Source of the DNA: a virus
Taxonomy: Duplodnaviria; Caudoviricetes
Virus record (IMG/VR): IMGVR_UViG_3300006916_000005
Location: 1 to 56,278 of that record
DNA: 56,278 bases
Direction: 5' to 3' (one strand)
The stretch's first letter is position 1. Each line of letters starts with the position of its first letter. Made by a program: the position numbers and the translations under genes. Shown here one piece after another: positions 52,286 to 56,278 of this stretch. Under the pieces are notes generated by a model. It was not told where the DNA came from. It worked only from the letters and a program-made list of their open reading frames with translations, and made no database searches.

Positions 52286-54666
52286 GATCCAAGAATTCCC
52301 TTGACCGCTTTCTTGTTGCGTTCAGCGGCGGAGGTGAAGAACACGTCGCCCTCCGCTCCAGACAGAGCGTCCGCGATCTCCTGTCCGCCGACGTTGACGA
52401 CGACGTTCGGGGGAGCTTGCTGGACGATAATAGGCTGGGAGCCGCCGCCGTTCGCTCGTTGTTGGGCTGGTGTCTCCACGTTGACCCGCTCGCCGGGGGT
52501 TGCCTTGAAGGCGACGAGCTGGCTGTCCGTGCCACCGTTACCGCCGACCATGGCGGTGCCGCCGGTCGCGAAGCCTAAAAGACCTCCGATACCACCGCCG
52601 CCGCCACCGAAGAGACCACCAGCGCCACCGCCGGGGAAGAGACCTCCAAGGAGTGACGCGAAGAGCTGATCCGTGGCGAGCTTCAGGAGTTGGGCGAAGA
52701 GGTCCGAGAAGAATTCCCGGACGTTGAACTTGCCGGTCTTGGCGAACTCGACAATAGCGTCGGAGGCTTTGTCGAACGCTCCGACGACGAAGTCTGACAT
52801 CGTGGACCCGAGGTCGTTCGCCCGGGCGATGATCTGGTCGATCCCGTTGGCGATCCCACCGGAGAAGGTGTTGTCGAGAGCTGACACTTCGACGTTGATG
52901 TTCCGCATGGCGGCGGCGAATTGTTCAGCGCTGATCGCGCCACTCTCGAAGAGGGTGTTCAGGTCCGCCTGTTTTTGGATAAGCCCATCGAGGTCGCCGG
53001 TGACTTCAGTGTAGAGCGCCTTCAGTCGGTTGACAGTTTCGCTCGCGCTGCCAGAACCACCACCAGCTCCGGTCGGAGCCTTCTCGCCGATCCGGTTCAG
53101 GAGTTCCTCCAGCTTCGCGGCTTGCTCCGCCGACGCGGCGGCTTGCTCGACACGTTTCGCGGCGATCTCCCCGCTCCGGGTCTCGATCCGATCAAGGAGG
53201 TCGTTCGCTTGGGTCGCAGCGCTGAAGCCAGCGTTGAAGCCTTCGCCGACCGTCGCGCCGAACTTGGTCCCTTGGGTTTCTGCGACCCGTTCGTCGAAAA
53301 GCTCGATGCTATCGCCTCCGAAGACGGACGCGACGGCGTTGTAGCCTTTGATGAATAGGTTCAGGAAGTCGCGCCACTTGTTCGCGAGGAACGAGATCAG
53401 CTTCTCCCAGACGTTGGCGACCCCGGTCGTGAAGTTGTCCCATGCGACAGCCGCCGCGAGGATACCGCCAGCGATGATCCCGACGAAGCCGTCCCAGATC
53501 GTGGCGATGATACGGAGAAGACCACCGAAGCCTTTGACCATGCCTTCGACAGCTTGGTCGGAACTTCCGAGAATAGAGCTGAAGGCTTCACCGGCGATCG
53601 CTGCCAGCTGGGCGAAGATCATCCCGACCTCGACGAAGGTCGCACGGATCACATCCGCGACGGTGACGACGCCGGAGCCGAAGATGTTGATCTTGTCCCC
53701 GAAGGAGACCAGAATTCCGATCGCGGCGGAGATCGCGGCGATGAACGCGCCGAAGGGGTTGGCGATCATCAGCGCCGTCAGTGTCTTGATCCCGATGATC
53801 ACGCGACCGATCACGGCTGGCCCAGAGAGAAGGGTCAGAGCGATGACCAGAGACGAGATTGTCCGGAGGATGGTGTCCATGTTCTCTCCGAGGAAGATCA
53901 GCGTCCGGGCGAAGGCTTCAGCCACGCCGGAGCCTGTCGCGAACTCGCCGATCGCCAGCGTCGTCGCGTTCCGGAGAACTTGGAAGCCTTGGGCGATCGT
54001 CGGGATAGTCTTCCCGAACCGCTCTTCCAGCTCTTCCCGGGCGTTCGCGAAGGCTTTGAGGATGATGTCAGAGGTGATCTTGCCTTGGAAGCCCATCTCG
54101 CGGAGTTCTCCGCGAGTGACGTTCAGTTCCTTCGCGATGACATCGGCGACGACCGGGAGCTGTTCGAGGACGGAGCGGAGTTCGTCGCCACGGAGCGCCC
54201 CAGAGGCGAGACCCTGAGACAGCTGGATCATGGCGTTCGTCGCTTCAGCCGCCGTCGAGCCGCCGATGACGACCGCTTGGTTCAGGCTCTTCGTGAAGTC
54301 GAGGACTTGCCTTTGGGAGACGCCCAGCTCCTTCGCCGCCAGCGCGGTCCGGGCGTAGACGTCAGCCGTCCCCTCAAAACTGGTTCGGGTCGACTGTGAT
54401 ATGTCGAACAGCTCTTTCGTCACGCCCACAAGCTCGATCTCTGTGTCGACGAGGACCCTGATCCTGTTCTGGATGGTGGTGAAGGCGTCCGCCATGGAGA
54501 CGATCCCACGAAGGACTTGCGCCCCTGCGAAGATGCCGATCGCGGCGTTCATAAGCCGGACACCTTTCGCGGCGGCTGTCGCGGAAGTTCCGACGCCGAC
54601 GATGTCCTTTCGGGCTTTTCCGGCTCCCACAGTCCGGATCGAGATCACGATGTCTTCACGAGCCAT
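52282..54666 (-). CDS. Tail tape measure protein
   Basis: 794 aa; QL.QGLASG.LRGDELRSVLEQ.P and FATGG motifs; Ala/Gly-rich. Confidence 0.95.
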   Translation of the reverse strand: MAREDIVISIRTVGAGKARKDIVGVGTSATAAAKGVRLMNAAIGIFAGAQVLRGIVSMADAFTTIQNRIRVLVDTEIELVGVTKELFDISQSTRTSFEGTADVYARTALAAKELGVSQRQVLDFTKSLNQAVVIGGSTAAEATNAMIQLSQGLASGALRGDELRSVLEQLPVVADVIAKELNVTRGELREMGFQGKITSDIILKAFANAREELEERFGKTIPTIAQGFQVLRNATTLAIGEFATGSGVAEAFARTLIFLGENMDTILRTISSLVIALTLLSGPAVIGRVIIGIKTLTALMIANPFGAFIAAISAAIGILVSFGDKINIFGSGVVTVADVIRATFVEVGMIFAQLAAIAGEAFSSILGSSDQAVEGMVKGFGGLLRIIATIWDGFVGIIAGGILAAAVAWDNFTTGVANVWEKLISFLANKWRDFLNLFIKGYNAVASVFGGDSIELFDERVAETQGTKFGATVGEGFNAGFSAATQANDLLDRIETRSGEIAAKRVEQAAASAEQAAKLEELLNRIGEKAPTGAGGGSGSASETVNRLKALYTEVTGDLDGLIQKQADLNTLFESGAISAEQFAAAMRNINVEVSALDNTFSGGIANGIDQIIARANDLGSTMSDFVVGAFDKASDAIVEFAKTGKFNVREFFSDLFAQLLKLATDQLFASLLGGLFPGGGAGGLFGGGGGGIGGLLGFATGGTAMVGGNGGTDSQLVAFKATPGERVNVETPAQQRANGGGSQPIIVQQAPPNVVVNVGGQEIADALSGAEGDVFFTSAAERNKKAVKGILGS

Positions 54667-55109
54667 TAGCGGAAGCTCCGTTCTAGTAGTTTCGCGACCC
54701 TCGTGACGTTCGTTGCTGCCCCTATTGCGCTTTCAACGTATCCAGCTGGAGCTTGTGCAGAGTATCCGTCGTTCAGCCTCCCTATATAGGGGAGGTTATT
54801 TGAAATGTAGATGACATCGCGCGAACTGTCCACCCGGGAGACAGCTTCCTTCGCTTGGGCGATCGCCGCCCCGGTATTCTGCCCAGTCGTTGAACCCTTT
54901 TCCCCGAGGACGTAGGCGTTCGTCGTGTCCCGGAGTGGAGCGTTCACGGAGACCCGCCAGTTCGATCGAGCGCGACCGGTGTCGACAGGTGTCGCCACGA
55001 CCACCGTCTGGTCCACAACCAGCGCCAGCTTGCGCATGAACTTAGGGACGTTCCGATCCAGTCGGCGTCCCAGTTCATTCATTCGCTTATTGAACGTGGA
55101 AAGGCTCAT
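54666..55109 (-). CDS. HK97 gp10-family neck/tail component
   Basis: TPVDTGRARSNW, NNLPYI..LN.GYS.QAP motifs. Confidence 0.85.
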   Translation of the reverse strand: MSLSTFNKRMNELGRRLDRNVPKFMRKLALVVDQTVVVATPVDTGRARSNWRVSVNAPLRDTTNAYVLGEKGSTTGQNTGAAIAQAKEAVSRVDSSRDVIYISNNLPYIGRLNDGYSAQAPAGYVESAIGAATNVTRVAKLLERSFR

Positions 55110-55456
55110 TTTTTAATCGGCTCCTTCGTCTTCTCCGCTGCCTGTTTCAGATAGTGGGCGTCCATCTTTCGGATGACGTCCTTGAACACTTCCAGATTGA
55201 CCCCAGAATAGCCATAATGTCTCCCGAAGTCGATGATCTTCGACCATGGAATCGGCCCCGGCCCAAAGGAGGCCGGACGCTCCGTCGACAGCTCATAGAA
55301 AGCGGAGATGAAGAACGCCATCCACGGCTTTGTCTTCTCTTCGATCTCGAAGAACTTAGGCGGCGGAGGTCGCCCAGCGTTCCGCGCCGCCTTCATTACC
55401 GCTTTAGCGCTGTCCCCGTTCTTCGTCCAGAAGTCGAGGACCTCGATCAGTTTCCC
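55106..55456 (-). CDS. Tail assembly chaperone, frameshifted C-terminal part (gpT-like)
   Basis: -1 frame is open from the slippery site: KLIEVLDFW...MKAARN...; GPIPW and MD..YL motifs. Confidence 0.8.
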   Translation of the reverse strand, partial: GKLIEVLDFWTKNGDSAKAVMKAARNAGRPPPPKFFEIEEKTKPWMAFFISAFYELSTERPASFGPGPIPWSKIIDFGRHYGYSGVNLEVFKDVIRKMDAHYLKQAAEKTKEPIKK

Positions 55457-55863
55457 ATGTCTTCCTCGCTCAGAGCGAACAGGCCGTCGTCGACCGCCGC
55501 CATCTGGAGCTTGCTGAAGAGATAGACGCCGTTCTTCCCGGTCGTGGTGAACAGAGCGACGAGGTTCTCCGGGGTCGCCTTGACCTCTTTCCCGTCGTCA
55601 TCGACGAGCGGCTTCTTGCCCCAGCCTTCGATGATGTTCTCGACGAACAGCTTGACGTCTTCCTCGTAGGAGCCGGTCATCGTGTTCTGGTCCGGGACGG
55701 CGGACTTCTTCTTCGCAGCGAGCGAGCGCTTCGTGACCGCCGCCTTGAATTCTTCGTTGTGAAGCGCCGCCTGTCTGATCCGGAGATCGAACAGTCCGCA
55801 ATCGAGGGTGATGGTGTCCGCCATGTCGAAGGTCGACATCGCCTTGGAGATGTTGAGGTTCAT
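55447..55863 (-). CDS. Tail assembly chaperone (gpG-like)
   Basis: 138 aa ending ATG GGA AAC TGA. Confidence 0.8.
   Translation of the reverse strand: MNLNISKAMSTFDMADTITLDCGLFDLRIRQAALHNEEFKAAVTKRSLAAKKKSAVPDQNTMTGSYEEDVKLFVENIIEGWGKKPLVDDDGKEVKATPENLVALFTTTGKNGVYLFSKLQMAAVDDGLFALSEEDMGN
55450..55456 (-). promoter_or_regulatory. -1 programmed frameshift heptamer G GGA AAC
   Basis: XXXYYYZ in the correct phase immediately before the stop codon. Confidence 0.85.
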
Positions 55864-55905
55864 GTTGTTTTCGCTTTCTGAACAGTTCGTTTTCTAGGTG
55901 TGAAC

Positions 55906-55942
55906 AAAAATAGGGCGGAAGACCGATCAGGTCAACCGCCCT
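55906..55942 (-). terminator. Putative terminator after the junction-spanning gene
   Basis: AGGGCGG..GACC/GGTC..CCGCCCT stem followed by ATTTTT. Confidence 0.6.
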
Positions 55943-55967
55943 TTAGTTGGGGAGGGGAGGGAATGGG

Positions 55968-56278
55968 TCAGTGTGGCTCGTCGCCGTAGTGGTAGTCGTA
56001 GAACGCCGCCGCCTTGTTCTCCAGATGACGCATCCGGGCGATCTCGCCGTCCTCGTCTTCGATCTGATCTTCGTCTTGATACTTCTCCATCTGTTCAGCT
56101 TCCCAAGCCAGAAAGATCGGATTGAAGAAATCCAAGTAGGCTTCCTTCGCGCGAACCAGAGCTTCGTGGATGCTCGCGGCGTTGTGGATGGTCGTCTTGC
56201 GACCTGTGGCTTCGTCGTGGACGGTTGCCATCGGACCTTCGCCCGGGAAGACGGTCAGGACGCCGATGTCCTTGTCAC
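55968..56278 (-). CDS. 3' part of the 123-aa junction-spanning hypothetical protein
   Basis: In frame with the ATG at 184 across the terminal overlap. Confidence 0.85.
   Translation of the reverse strand, partial: DKDIGVLTVFPGEGPMATVHDEATGRKTTIHNAASIHEALVRAKEAYLDFFNPIFLAWEAEQMEKYQDEDQIEDEDGEIARMRHLENKAAAFYDYHYGDEPH
56156..56278. repeat. Terminal direct repeat (right copy)
   Basis: Identical to 1-123. Confidence 0.95.

Overview
This window is an apparently complete, circularly permuted genome of a GC-rich tailed dsDNA phage. Bases 1-123 repeat 56156-56278 in the middle of a gene, giving a unit length of about 56,155 bp. Gene content and order resemble YuA/phiJL001/RDJL-type siphoviruses, and the host is probably an alphaproteobacterium (inference). 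Nearly all genes are on the minus strand. Structural and lysis genes: terminase, portal, head and tail genes with a -1 frameshifted chaperone pair, GTA-like tail-tip genes, endolysin, holin and spanins. Replication and metabolism genes: SNF2 helicase, SSB, class II RNR, dNMP kinase, HD nucleotidase, family A polymerase, primase-helicase, ThyX, DEDDh exonuclease and a MazG-like enzyme. I saw no integrase, tRNA or CRISPR array. Most notable observations: (1) 11 copies of a ~46-bp promoter/leader repeat plus a post-stop hairpin repeat that organise small genes into cassettes, some inside the structural operons; (2) five AUGG-tetraloop hairpins confined to the scaffold and major-capsid leaders; (3) an eroded dUMP-hydroxymethylase-like gene alongside ThyX and strict restriction-site avoidance; (4) two homologous origin-like elements 24 kb apart; (5) an unannotated Flp-pilin-like ORF; (6) a T5 A1-like gene broken by a 1-nt frameshift; (7) a ~150-bp foreign-looking insert. 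All product calls come from motif recognition by eye, with no database searches.
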